A stretch of DNA of 51,993 bases from Octopus bimaculoides (GCF_001194135.2 NC_068987.1:64751261-64803253), one strand, 5' to 3'. Positions 11,511 through 25,550 are shown, numbered from the stretch's first letter. Notes: generated by a model not told the origin, from the sequence alone. A program made the numbers and translations.

Positions 11511-12935
11511 AGGAGGCATGTGGTTTAGTTAGGGTGTTGGACTCATGATCATATAAGATTGTGGTTTCAATTCCTGGACTGGGCAACGCATTGTGTTATT
11601 GAGCAGAACACTTCATTTCACATTGCTCCAGTTCACTTAGCTGGCAAAAATGAGGAATTTATGCTCCATGGAAACCAGAAAACCGGCCCTTATGAGTCAG
11701 CATGACTCGAGAAGGTAACCAGCCAACCAAGGTGTTTACAGAAAATAGAGCATCTGCCCAATGGAACATGTGAATCTTCCTCAAAAAGAGGAAGTGCAGA
11801 TGCTCTTACTATCTAGTATTTAGTCTGGCACTCCTCTGTTTACTGGTACTACTACTAATAATAATAATTATAATAATGATTTCAAATATTGGCTCAAGGC
11901 CAGCAATTCTGGGGGAGAATGACTAGATTACATCGACCCCAAAAGGATGAAAGACAAAGTCAACATTGGTGGGATTTGAACTCAGAACATAAAGACAGAC
12001 GAAATGCTGCTAAGCATTTTGCCTGGAATGCTAATGATTCTGCTGCCTTTATAACAACAATAATAATAATAACAATGACAACAACTCCTAGAGGGAGTAA
12101 AAGCGAAGATGACCCCAGTTGAATTTGAAGCGTTCATAAGATAAAGTGAATTAACTTAATACTGAAATATCAATTAATTTCACCAGTAGGAAGTGTCGGA
12201 GGACATAAAATGGCAATATATCTATATACAAACAAAAGGAGGTAGTTTACAGTGATTGAATACAAAATAATTTACACACACTGGCTAGATATAGCAGCCA
12301 ATTGTCTCACGGTATATCTTACCAATTTTAAAATATGAACAGACATTGAATAATATAGTTCTAAATATAGTAAGGTTGGAAAGTCTTTGATTATAGGTCT
12401 ATTATGCTACAATTATTGAAATGGAAAAGAGGACTCCCTTAAAGAAAGCTACACAGGAACAATCAAAAAGCTTGAAATTTCTACTATTTTCAACTATAAA
12501 CTAATTATTATGTTCCTACTGCATAGATAGAGAAAACAAAGAACAAACTCCACCATTTTTCAATGAAATTTCCCCTAGCCTAGAGCACCAGTAATCTCAT
12601 CTCTGCCTATATTTCTGACACTTGTTCATTGCCCCTTCACTCATCTCCATTTTCCCAGATCTTTCATTCATGTTTACCCTGTCGACCCTTTCAATAAGGC
12701 CATTAAACAGACTAAAAAAAGTCTTCCTAATCATACATATAAATACAAACACATACGTGAATGTATATATACACACCTATAATATATATATATAGACACA
12801 CCTATGTAAAATACTAATTTTAGATTGAAAAAGACCAACAAGCTAATGGGGAGATTGGTGATTGAACCCTTTATCTTTCACTTGCCATGTATGTATTATT
12901 TATCATACATATAAAAACATTTACTGACAAGGGGA

Positions 12936-13000
<65 letters not shown>

Positions 13001-14296
13001 AATTGATGATATTATATATATATATATATATAATATCATCAATTTACATTGGGTTTTCAATGCTGACATAGGTTAGTTTGACAGGTTTCAACAGGTTGGA
13101 GAATCACACCTTGCTTTGATATCTCACTTTGGCATGGTTTCTACAATTTGATGCCATTCCTATTATCAACCAGTTTACATAGTGTACTGAGTGGGTTTTT
13201 TTTTTTTCAAGTGGCACCAGCATTATAGATGTTGCCTTGTCATCAGCAACACTGATAAACCCTCTCAAGCCTAGATAATCACTTAAAGTATGTTGGGTGC
13301 TTTTTGGGGTTCCCTTGCTGCTTGAAAAGCAACAGAGAGTCCCCATGATGGATAGAAGGAGCATTTATTGTGAGAGGATGAGAATGATGGAGAGAGGAAG
13401 ACAAAGAAGTAATGGTAACGGGGTGAGTCAGTCTGCCTCCCTTGCCAACATGGGTTAGACGGTACATTTGGGTGCTATATGTATAAATCTATATATATAT
13501 ATACACACACACATTCAGTTATTTATTAGAAAACAGCTAATGATTTTCACTCTGTTGCTACCCAGCTTTCTACCGTGTGTAGTCATTCAAAGAATGTCAA
13601 CTCAACATTGGACATGTAGGAAATATCTGAAAAGCAACAGAGGCAATCATTAGTTGTTTCTTAATAGATATAAACACTATATGTATTGAGGTACTCTTTC
13701 TTTCGTTTTGTGTGTGTGTGGTGGCAAGGTGGCTAAGTGGCTGAAATGTTGAACTACAAACCCATGTCATGAGTTCAAATTTGCTACAGTCATATCCTCT
13801 GGGTATAAGAAATTATTCTATGTTGTATCGTTACTTCTAATTGCCAGGAGATCATTTATCATTCATGCTTCACGCCATATTTATGTACACTTCAAGGTTT
13901 TGTTGTTGTTGTTGTTTGTATTGTAGTGTTTTGTATTAATGTTGATCATATAGAAATAAAGGAAACATTAATATTGATGGTCTTGTTGTAGTTGTTATTA
14001 TTAAGGTTGCAAGGTGGTAGAATCATTACCATGCTGGATAAAATGCTGAGTAGCATTTCTTCTGGGTTCATGTTCTTAGTTTGAATGCTGCTAGGGTCAA
14101 CTTCGCCCTTCATCCTTTCAGGGCCAATAAAATAATAACCAGTTAAGCACTGGGGTCAATCTCATTAAATTTCAGGCCTTGGGAAATTTGATTATATTGA
14201 CCCCTGTGCAATGCTTGAAAAAATTTCAGTGATTTCTAACTGGTTGTCTGGTAATTTGATTTAATATAACTAACTTCTTTCTCTCGTTTCCGTCAG

Positions 14297-14526
14297 AGAA
14301 TAGTGTACTATAATTTGCTATTTTACTTACTATTCGTTAATTACATATTTAATCAATGCCTTAATTCCAGTCTTCCTGGTTACAAATTAACTGTGATGAA
14401 GAAAGAATTGATTACGACAATTCTCTTTTGATCAATGCTTTCACCACCACCAAACTTTGTTTAAGTAAATACATTTAATATCGATCTTATTGTTCCTACT
14501 GTTTCGAGAGTTGTGAGTTCAATAAA
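14297..14526 (+). other. Candidate distal terminal exon of the + strand gene
   Basis: Branch-point-like CTAAC, polypyrimidine tract ttctttctctcgtttccgtcAG (AG at 14295-14296), and AATAAA at 14521-14526. Confidence 0.4.
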
Positions 14527-15880
14527 AGATTATATTCGTGGAGACTGACTTTAATTTAAATGTTAACACTCAACAAGTGGAAAGTATTTCAGCCTGCCTC
14601 AAGCAAGGAAATAAACGGCGCTGTAGCACCGTATTTCTTTCTTTCTGGGTTTCTCTTGGACATTATGGTGTAGTAGTTTGTGGAAGATTTGGTTGCTATT
14701 TCTAGCAGATTGAGATTCCACGTAAAGATTTTGTGTGATGATCGGCTCAAATTACATAACTTTAAATGCCTGTAACTTTTTATTATTAATTTACTAGAAG
14801 AAAAAAAAAATCGAGATTTTCGACATACAAAACAACATTAGAACTACATTTAAAAAAAAAATTTAATTTGGTGAAAATGTGAAAAACTTCAAGTGGTTGC
14901 AGGGAATTTAATAAGGTCCGCCTATAGTTTCCGTCGACATCGTTTAACATAAGTTCACAATTAAACACTTAAATATGCATCGATAGATGTTAGCAAAGAT
15001 TTTGGCCCTCTTTACCACATACTAATATGCTAACACTAATTTATATTAAACTTCACTCCACATACACACCTAGAAAGAGCCCCGCGCCGACTGATACCGT
15101 TTATGTGTGATAAAGTGTTTATTTAATCATGTCCATAAGGAGAAAGGTCATCAAGTACATAATGAAATTCTACCTCTAACAAGGAATATACATTAACATA
15201 CTCAGATATCACTTTACCCACACACATGTACTTTTCTGTACTTTTAACTCTACATTCTTCTCAACAAATGATCTTATTGAATTCTCTTACTGTCCATATT
15301 CTTACTGATGTAAACGATCGTCAGAATTCTTGAAGTTTCCAGATTTTAGCCCGTTGTTCTTTTCATGGTTCATTAGGACATCACCGACAATCACGTGTTG
15401 GGTAAGTCAATTTATGAGAGATTCCCCGCTCTCTAACTCCGTAGATGACTGATCAACTTCAAGGACGTCTGCCTATTTTTTTAAAGAAACACCTGCCTCA
15501 ATAAGTTAGTTATGCAAGTTATTCAAATTAGATTAGATCGTAAGAACGTGGGTGGGGAACTTAACCTGCACTTCCACTTCTGTGTTTAATGATTTGTAAC
15601 TCAGGGACAATGCTATAATCTTTTTTTTAGCGGTGAGGTAGAGAGTGGAGCCAGTGAAGGAGCTTCTATGTGGTCGCTCGGTTTGCTAGAAATAGCAACT
15701 TTCTCCAATCACACTCGACTCTACTTTTATGGAGAAAAATAGAAGTCACATTGGGTGACATCGTTTTCGGATCTTTTCGGTTTGCCAAGAGTGTAACAGT
15801 TTATTTACTAATCCTTTAATTAAAAAAAAAATGGCTGTTGATAATAGGAAAGTACTGATTTTCCAATTATAACAATCAGG

Positions 15881-16266
15881 CTCTTTTACTTGTTTCAGTA
15901 ATTTGACTGCGGCCATGCTAGACCACTGCCTTTAGTCGAACAAATCAATCCCGGGACTTATTCTTTGTAAGCCTAGTACTTATTCTATCGGTTCCTTTTG
16001 AACCTCTAAGTGACGGGGACATAAACACACCAGCATCGGTTGTCAAACAATGCTAGGGGGGGGGACAAACATAGACACACAAACATATATATATACATAT
16101 ATACGACGGGCTTCTTTCAGTTTCCGTCTACCAAATCCACTCAAGGCTTTGGTCGGCCCGAAGCTATAGCAAAAGACACTTGCCCAAGATGCCACGCAGT
16201 GGGAATGAACCCGGAACCATGTGGTTGATAAGCAAGCTATTTACCACACAGCCACTCCTGCGCCTA
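15881..16266 (-). mobile_element. Full-length tRNA-derived SINE (major family), CpGs largely intact
   Basis: Reverse complement of the 41409 copy. Confidence 0.9.
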
Positions 16267-17464
16267 TAGGCTTTAAAGTTTTTTTCTTCTAAAGACTGGT
16301 AGGGTGGGATTTCAATGAGATTCGACTAGTTATAGGTTAAGCGACCGCTTAGTGGCTCCTGCATTGACTCGTGTGAATTTTACATAGGTTTCAGCCAGGA
16401 TTGAACCAGCTCATATCTAACTCAATATCATGAGTGGGTTGCTATTTCTAGCAAACAGTGCGACCACTGAGAAGCCTTCTCGCTCGAGTTGACTTATCTT
16501 GTATAACTACGTATTCGGTTAACAGTGGATATGAAGATATTATTCAAATTTTACAGTATTTGGCGGAGAGTAATAATACTTCCCTCTACCCGCCCTTTCT
16601 CTCTCTACTTCTCTTTCTCCTTCGTCTTTTACTCTATCTCCTTTTCTGCCCTCCCCCTCACTCTGACTCTGTCTCCCTCACCCCTCAATTTCGATTGGTA
16701 CGAACAAAAAACAGAAAACAATGAAACACAAGCAAAATCTAAATAGAGCAAGTGATCCACACGTGTAGAGATATGTATGTATATATGTATGTATGTGTAC
16801 GTGTGTGCGAGCGCGTGCACGTGTATGTATGTATGCATGTATGTATGTAAACATAAGTTGGTGATGTAGAAATATTTTTTTTTTCAGTTCTTTCAGTCAT
16901 TTGACTGCGGCCATGCTAGAGCACCACCTTAAATATATATATATATATATATATATAATTCAATAATAAGATAAAGTCTTTGTAAGAATTTATCAAGTAG
17001 TTAGCGTGAAAAAACCTCATAAGGGAAAAATCCATCATTTATTCCCTATAAATATATTTATTTATATAAGGGCATTTGACTTTAGAGTCTCTCTTAGCGT
17101 GAAGCATTTTTGTATAGTAATGCCCTTATATATAGATATAGATATATATATAATGTACAAATATGTATGTGTGTGTGAATGTGTATTTGTGTATGCATGT
17201 ATGTATAAATATAAGCGTGGTGATGCAACCATATTAATGTATATTATGTACATATATGTACGTTTGCATGTATGTATATATATACATAAGTATATGCGTG
17301 TGAATACACACATATGTATGTATGCAGCATGCATGTATGTGTGTGCGTGCGTGTTTCGAATCCTAAGTACTGATACAATGTCTAAGAAAATATTTCTGAC
17401 TCATGACATAATACCATGTCACTGTGGTCTTCTTACATGGGGTTTGCTTGTGCTGTCTGTGGAT

Positions 17465-17640
17465 CTACTACTACTACTACTACTACTACCACTACCACCA
17501 CCACCAAGACCACCACCACCACCACCACTACCACCACCACCTCTACTACTACTACTACTACTACTACTACTGCTGCTGCTGCTGATACTACTACTACTAC
17601 TACTACTACAGTGGTGGTGGTGGTGGTGGTAGCAGCAGAT
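17465..17640. repeat. Compound (ACT)n(ACC)n(GCT)n(GGT)n trinucleotide repeat
   Basis: Visible directly. Confidence 0.92.
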
Positions 17641-20439
17641 AGTAAATGTACTCCGTTCTATCTATTGACATGTGAAGGAATAAGATAAATAAAAGTTATA
17701 CGAAGTGGCACGAGTGGATTTGATGATGGATAGTGGTGGTGTAGAAGGGTTACATACTTGCTGCCTTTTTTTTTTTTTTTCACCTTTATCCTGCCATCGC
17801 TTATCTTGTCTTGCTTTCGCTCCTCCCCACTAACCCATCCTTTAACATTTTCTGTACCTCTTTATATTTTTAGATTCTCTCAATGTTTTTATTTTTATTT
17901 CCGTTTTCTTCTTTTACCTTTTCTTTTCTCTCTCTAGTTTCTTCTTTTGCCTCTCCCCACCAACTTCATTTCTTTGTTTTCTTTTCCACTTACCTTTTAT
18001 TTTTCTACACCTTGTCTTTCTCATTCGTCTTATACAATCATTTCAAAAAAAAAAAGGAAAAAACAAGAAAAATCATCTTTTGTGTTCCTCTGTTTTTCAT
18101 CCCTTCTTATAATCTCGTGTGTGTGTGTGTGCAAATTAATGGTAAGAATAACAACACGGAAAACATGAAAAAATTGTTAGTTTGATGCTCAGAGAGAGGT
18201 AAGAAAGTAAGATATGTGTTTGATATTTCGAGCTTATGCTCTTCTTCTGAAGTTAGATTGGATAGAAGAAAGGAAAGTGTAAAAGACGGAAATAGAAAAG
18301 AAGAAACAGAGAAGTATGTGTTTGTCTGTGTCAGATCTTTACATGGAGGGTGAAGGAGATATAAATAACTTGTAAATATTATGAAAATACTTCTCCTCCC
18401 TGTGTAAAATATATTAATAAGGAATTTGATAAACATGCAATGAATTCATCAACAAGCATGCTATGGATAATTTGTAAACAAATTTACATGTAAACGTTCA
18501 AATAATATGCATTTGTTCCCAGTGTGCAAATAGTTGCACAGTAAAAATATATATGTCATTTAAACCACTGGACTGTTTCTGCAGAAGCAAGGAGAAACAA
18601 CACAACTAGTTTCGCCTGTATTTGCCAACTCATTAGGAGTTTTTACTGATCTGACTTAGAGAGAGAGAGAGACAGAGAAAGACACACACATGTGCACACA
18701 CGCATGCACACAGATATTGGTTTTCAGTTATTTGTGAAGAAATGCAATGAACAATGTGCACTGATTTTGCACATTTGCATATTAGTACACTCATTAGTAA
18801 CATGGATTAATTAGCTAAAGTACTGAGACAGTATGTATGTGGGTAAGTTGTCATTACATTGGCATATGTTCATTTACTAACATACATTTAATCTTGTGTA
18901 AGTAAACAGTGTAATTAAACCACAATCACTTTGAACAATGAGGTTAACTGTATGCTAGTTAGATGTCTGCCTCTTGTCTTGTTCTTAATTTGTTTTAACT
19001 TCTCTTAACTTTCTTTAATTTATACAGTTACAGTATCTCATTCTCCTCCTTTACTTTCTTAATTTCTCCTACAAACAGTGTTACCCTGTTATCTTTCTAT
19101 ATTATGTCCTCATTAAATGTTTTTGTATAACCATTGTCTAGACTTTTATATAGTCATTGACTACATGAATTTATGACCACCTAGATATAAAATAGTTGAC
19201 TATCATCATCATCATCACCACCATCCCCATTTCTAATCAGTAGCCATCAATTTAGTATGATGAGTCCTATTGACTTCATTTACAGGAAATGAAACAAGAG
19301 GGCATTATGATTTCCATAGTTTTCTAAAAGGCATCACCTCCATAAGTAAGCGTACAACAAAAATTAAATCATGCCATGCTAACCAATGAAAGGAACTTTT
19401 ATGTGGTTGTACAGCCTGCTTGAAATAGAAAGCAGAATTTCTATCATATCCCTAGTACTACATGTTTTCAAGAACAAATTAAAATAATCTTAAAGCAAAT
19501 TAAAATATACTTGAAGTTTTATCAAACTTTCCTGAGCAAATTTTTAAAAACTGAAGCAAATTAAAATAATATGCAAAAAAATAAAATAATTTTAGAGCAA
19601 ATTAATTTGTAGATAGTTAAATGTTATATCAGAAGTAAAAATCTTTAAGCAATGCTGGAAAAAAAAGACAAAGACAAAATATTGTATTCTTGGCATAGAT
19701 TGTTTTATGAGCAGAATTTTTAATGTTTCAATATGTTGTATTGTTTTTGCTACGTTACTAATAGATGTAACAGAAGCAGTGGTGATTAGTATTCATAACA
19801 GGTTAGTTAAAACTTTGTAGGACAGTGAGATGTGCACCAAATTGAATTGACATGAAGAAAAAGTAACTTATAGATTTTATCTATCTATCTATCACAATTC
19901 ATCTTGTTATCAATGGTGTACAAAGTCTGTAGTAGTCATCTGTTTTCCAGTGGTAAGGGAATGATAGTAACAAGGTTTGCACAACTTCTGAGGAAATGTT
20001 TGTGTCAAATGTGGTACTCAAAAGAGATAGGCTTGTGATATCTAAGAGCAAAAATGAACTGCCTAAAAATAATTACAGAGGGTTTATATACCTGTTCAAA
20101 AGCTGAAAGTAGGTTGAGAGAAAAAAGAAAGTAAATAGGTGTGAACAAAATTTCAACTAAGATGTTGAGGAAATGAATAAGGCTTATTAAGTTGAATGGA
20201 GTATGATAGTTGACTCTCATAAATTTTCAATGCGGAGGAAACAAAAGGAAAGCAACTTACAGAGAAATGTTTAGTTTAAAGTTTCAATTCCTGGCTGAGA
20301 ATCCAAGAGCTAACCATTTCATATATGTATATATATATCACTGTATCAACCAGACTATTGGATTTTGTTATACATTGCTGGTCACAATGCGATTCCAATT
20401 CTTACTTGATTGTGCCATTGTTTTCTATCTTGGCCCAAA

Positions 20440-21120
20440 TTATTTAACAAAATTATTATTGTGGAGGTCTTCTGAATTGCCTTTTCTGATCACTTGGGTA
20501 CCACTTGACAAATGTCTGGGGTCCACCTGTTCTCTGTGAACCTTGCAACATGAGAAACTAGAGCTTTTGGTATTCTGTGATCATGTTGCACACAAATTAC
20601 CTCATTTTGAGTATGCTTTCGCAATGATATTCCTACGATGGATCTTTCCATGGTTCTTTGTATCATAGTTGATGTTCTTCCCTCATTGCAGTGCCTTACA
20701 TCTTGCTGGTGTATAAGAATGCAGGTAGGATGGTGCTTTTGAAGAGTCTGGCATGTAGGGTTTTGTCATGCTTTGCTTTGAGCACATCCTTTATTGAGGT
20801 AAATGCCTGCCATCCTACTATTATTTGCTTTGAGATTTCAGCATCCATGTCTCAGTGTGTATTCACTGTGTACCTTAATTAGACAAACTCCCTTACCTCC
20901 TTGATTTTGTCACTTCTCACCTCTATTTGGTCTTGTGTTACATTTTCAGACTGCATAAATTGTTTCCATGTAATTCATCCTGAGGCCAAATGTTGAGCTA
21001 TGGGTGTCTAAACTCTACAAGCTGTTTACAAAGGTCATAGCCACCAGATCATTAAAACACCTCGATGACCAGGAGCATGCAAGTTTCAGTAAAAACTACA
21101 GGATGATGGATCATATATTC
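20440..21120 (-). mobile_element. Decayed RTE-clade LINE, RT thumb to C-terminus
   Basis: Reverse-strand remnants GWQAFTSIKDVLKAK, LFKSTILPAFLY and SHVARFTENRWT, with many stops. Confidence 0.7.
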
Positions 21121-21624
21121 ACTCTAGCATAGCTTATAGTATTAATGACAGAATATAAGGATTTCTTTGGGTTCTTTACATTCCAAGTTCAAATCCTGCT
21201 GTGGTCAACTTTGCCTTTCATTCTTTCAGGGTTAATAAAATAAGTACCAGTTAAGTACTGGGTTTACTGTAATCAACGAAGGCCCTCTCCTCTAAAACTG
21301 CTGGTTTTGTGCCTATTGTAGAAAGAATTCATATTGTTACTGTTGTTGTTGATGTTTTTTTTTTATTTATTTATTTATTTAATGCATATCTGGATTATCA
21401 TGATGTAAGGATGGGAACAAGAGAAAAAAATATGAGATAAAGCTAAGAGGGATTTTGTATTGTTTTAGAGATATTCATTTTTTAATTTTTGCTGTATAAG
21501 CAACAACAACAATGATAACGACGACGACAGTGCCAAGAACAAGAAAACTCATTAAAAAAAGATAAAGTAATGAAAGCAAAGAAAGCTATAAGCTTGCTGT
21601 TCTTCCAGCATCACTCTCAGACAA

Positions 21625-22310
<686 letters not shown>

Positions 22311-22905
22311 CAAACATGAAAAGAAAAAAAAAACTGAAATAATCCTAGGTGTTTCAGACACTTCCCCTCCTATATGACTCCTTACATACAAACGCATATC
22401 CCCACACACAGAAATACATATATTCACACATATCATCATCCTTAGAAACACAGATGCTTCTTTCCCACATCACTTAAAACCCTCCCCACTTCCATACAAA
22501 CTTTCTTAGTTTGTCTTTGTATTTTTAACTACAACAGATTCAGTGGGGCAAAAAGGTTTGTCCCCTCCCCCATACTGTTACCCTAATGATGACACTGATC
22601 CTTTGAATGGAGTTGTAACTGCTCCCACTACCACTTCAACTCTGCACTTTATTTCACTTGTTTTTCTGCACATCTTCAGTCACTTACACACACACACAAA
22701 CTCCATAACCTATTTACTCGGTCTTCTGAACCCTAAAAATCACATACATGCCCCTAAGAAACTGCATATAATCTACCATTTCATTGACTCCACCAATCCC
22801 CATTCATGATACATACACACACACATACCCTCCAGACAATATACACACATACCCTTGTTTTTGTACTCATTGTTCTGTTTTATTTTTTCCTTATTACTAA
22901 TTTAT

Positions 22906-23225
22906 TGTTCCATGTGAGAGCTACATTCATATTCTACACTCTATAGGCGATAAAATTAACATATCAACTGTTCTATAAGTGAGCTACATTCACTATTTAC
23001 ACTATATAGACAAACTAAACACTTTAGCTGTTCCACAAGAGAGCTACATTCACATACTCCACATTATATAGACAGACAAACTAACATATTAACTGTTCTC
23101 TGAGCGCTACATTCACTGTTCATACAATACAGACATACTAACATTGATACATTAACTGTTTCATGTAAGAACAATGTTTACTGTCCACAGATATATATAT
23201 ATAAATAAACTAACACAGTCCCATG
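22906..23225. repeat. Minisatellite, about 5 copies of a 60-63-bp unit
   Basis: Recurrent ctgttc...gagctacattcac...tatagacaaactaac near 22915, 22980, 23040 and 23100, with a decayed fifth copy. Confidence 0.85.
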
Positions 23226-23283
23226 TTAATAAAATCTAAAAAAATATTTGTATGTTAGGGTTTATGGCAACAAAGAGAAAACT

Positions 23284-24203
23284 TATTGGGTTATCCCATA
23301 AATAATGCTGTTTTTTAATACTTCTTTTAGTTTTCAAAATTAAGATAAACAAAGGTCTTTTTTAATCTAAAGTATACTCTCCTCCATTTTCTACAATGCT
23401 CTTCCAACTATCTGGTAGATTTGTAAGGCCCCTTTTCGAAAATACACTTGTCCATGATGAAAAAACTCCTCCAGTACTGTTCTGACCTCGTCTGCAGAAT
23501 TCATATTTTTTCCGTCCAAATGATTTTGATGACTTCAGACTAAATGATAATCAGATGGGGCAATGTCTGATGAATATGGTGGGTGGGGCATCATTTCCCA
23601 TTCAAACAGCTCCATCCTTTGGAATGTCATCCTTACTGCATGTGGTTAACCATTATCCTGATGGAAGAACACCTTTTGTCTTGAAAGCAAAGATGGTCAT
23701 TTTTCTTCTAGTGCAGGTGTCAATGAATGGTTAAATGACAAAATCTAAGCTTCTCTACTAGTTCCTCAACAGTTATGATGGGATTTTGTTCCACCAGGGT
23801 TTGCAGGATGTTATTGTTGAGCTCTACAGATCTTCCAGGACGGAGGATTGTCTTCTAAGCTGTAGTTTCCGGCTCGGAATTTCTGGAACCACCACTGACA
23901 TCGGCTTATGCTTATTGTCCAATCCTCATATACTGCATTAATATTCCTTGCACTTTTCATTGCATTGCTGTCTTTATTGAACTCATAAAGCAAAATATGC
24001 CCATTTGTCATTTCCATTATAGCTTTAAAAAAATAACTGTTAAAATGGAACTGCACTCTTCAAAACTTGCACTAAAACTAAGGACAAGGTAAAATTACTA
24101 CCTGCTTTTATAGCAAGTTGATGCAGGTAGTTTATCCTGTTCTCCTCCGACTTTTAGTTCATGCAGTTGAAAAAAACCACATTATTTATAGGATGACCCA
24201 ATA
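23284..24203 (-). mobile_element. Internally deleted mariner (Tc1/mariner) DNA transposon with both TIRs and TA ends
   Basis: TIRs TATTGGGTTATCCCATAAATAATG / CATTATTTATAGGATGACCCAATA. Transposase N-terminal HTH (HILLYEFNK...WFQKFRAGNYSLED) and C-terminal HPPYSSDIAPSD are present. About 920 bp, shorter than a typical full-length element. Confidence 0.92.
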
Positions 24204-24469
24204 TATTCTTATTGGTACAAACCCTATAGCTTTTTAACTGGCTATATCCAGCCAAAATATTCTACTTGTTTTAGCCAGATCCAAGCTCTCACACCTACAC
24301 TACAATGCCATTCTAAAAATATACAATCAGATCATCAAAATCTTCAAGCTAGGAGATAATGTATGATTAATTCAAAACAATATGAATAAATAAACTTTAC
24401 ATTTGACAGAGTAATCCAAATACTAATGGGTTAAACCTTTATTACTCCATCATTCAGAAAGTCTTGTGG

Positions 24470-24870
24470 TTCTTGAGCTGTTTTCAAAGATTTACTTCCT
24501 GTTGTGTAGCCATCTACCACTGTTTTGAAGATTGGGTTTTTCACTTTTCTGAAGTGGTAGGTGACTGCTGCAAAAAAAACCTGCCCTTCAAAGTCTTGCT
24601 TGGTCAAGAGAATGCCCTAGGTTACCCATCATTCTTAGTCAATTACCACATCAACATCTTGGTGATATACCTGCTTTCCAATCCATTGATCAAAGTACCA
24701 CAGCTAGTTTTAAGGCCTTAGACAAAAAGAGTGGAATTCTGGAAGAATTATAACATCTACAACATTGATATTTCTTGGCATGAGATTATGACTATGATAG
24801 CAAATGATATTTGGAAGAAGCTATCTCATAATTTACCAATGATTTTGCAGTTAATAATATAAATTCATGT
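24470..24870 (+). mobile_element. Decayed Tigger/pogo transposase (DDE_1) fragment
   Basis: Translates to KKNLPFKVLLGQENALGYPSFLVNYHINILVIYL and EFWKNYNIY...NDIWKKL, resembling Tigger IPFKILLLLDNAPGHP and FWKDYNI...GIWKK. Confidence 0.72.
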
Positions 24871-24954
24871 TATGCAGGTGGTTTGAACTTAGATCTACAA
24901 ATTTCCAATTTGAGTCTAATATTTTTGGTTGTAAAAGAAACAAGCAAAACAAAT

Positions 24955-25550
24955 GTTAAAACATCGTCAATGCTACATGGCAGTAAGATATGGTCCCTGA
25001 ATGCAAAGGGCTTGCAAAGACTAGAGAGGAACAAAGATAGTAAGCTCTGCTGGATGTACAATGTCAGTGTACATGTTTGGCATAAGATGCAGTGTGCAAA
25101 AGAGAAGACTGCACTGGTTTGGTCGTGTGAAGCATATAGATGAGGGCAGTTGCATAAAGAAGTGCTAATCACTTAAAGTGGATGGAAATCGTGGAAGAGC
25201 GAGACATGGGATGAAGTAGTGAAGGCCAATCTCAAAATGCTGACACTTAGAAGATGACAAAGGGTCAAGATATATGGCACATTGTTATACTCAAGATGAC
25301 CTGCTTACCACAATAGAACAGAGTTGATATCCTAAACCACCTTATACTTGTCTATGAAGGGCGCTGGTGCCACATAAAAAGCACCCAGTGCATTCTGTAA
25401 AGTGGTTGGCATTAGGAATGGAATCCAGGGGTAGAAACTAAGCCAAAACAGACTATAGAACCTGGTGCAATGCCTGGCCTTGCCAGTTCCTACCAAACCG
25501 TCCAACCCATGCCAGCATGGACAATGGATGTTAAATGATGATGATGATGA
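24955..25550 (+). mobile_element. RTE-clade LINE 3' fragment with (ATG)n tail
   Basis: MLHGSKIWSLNAKGLQRLERN motif, followed by the family 3' tail ending in gatgatgatgat. Confidence 0.7.

Noticed and set aside
17006-17688. 208-aa ORF with poly-L/P/W and a poly-T ORF
   Set aside because: Products of dinucleotide and trinucleotide repeats.
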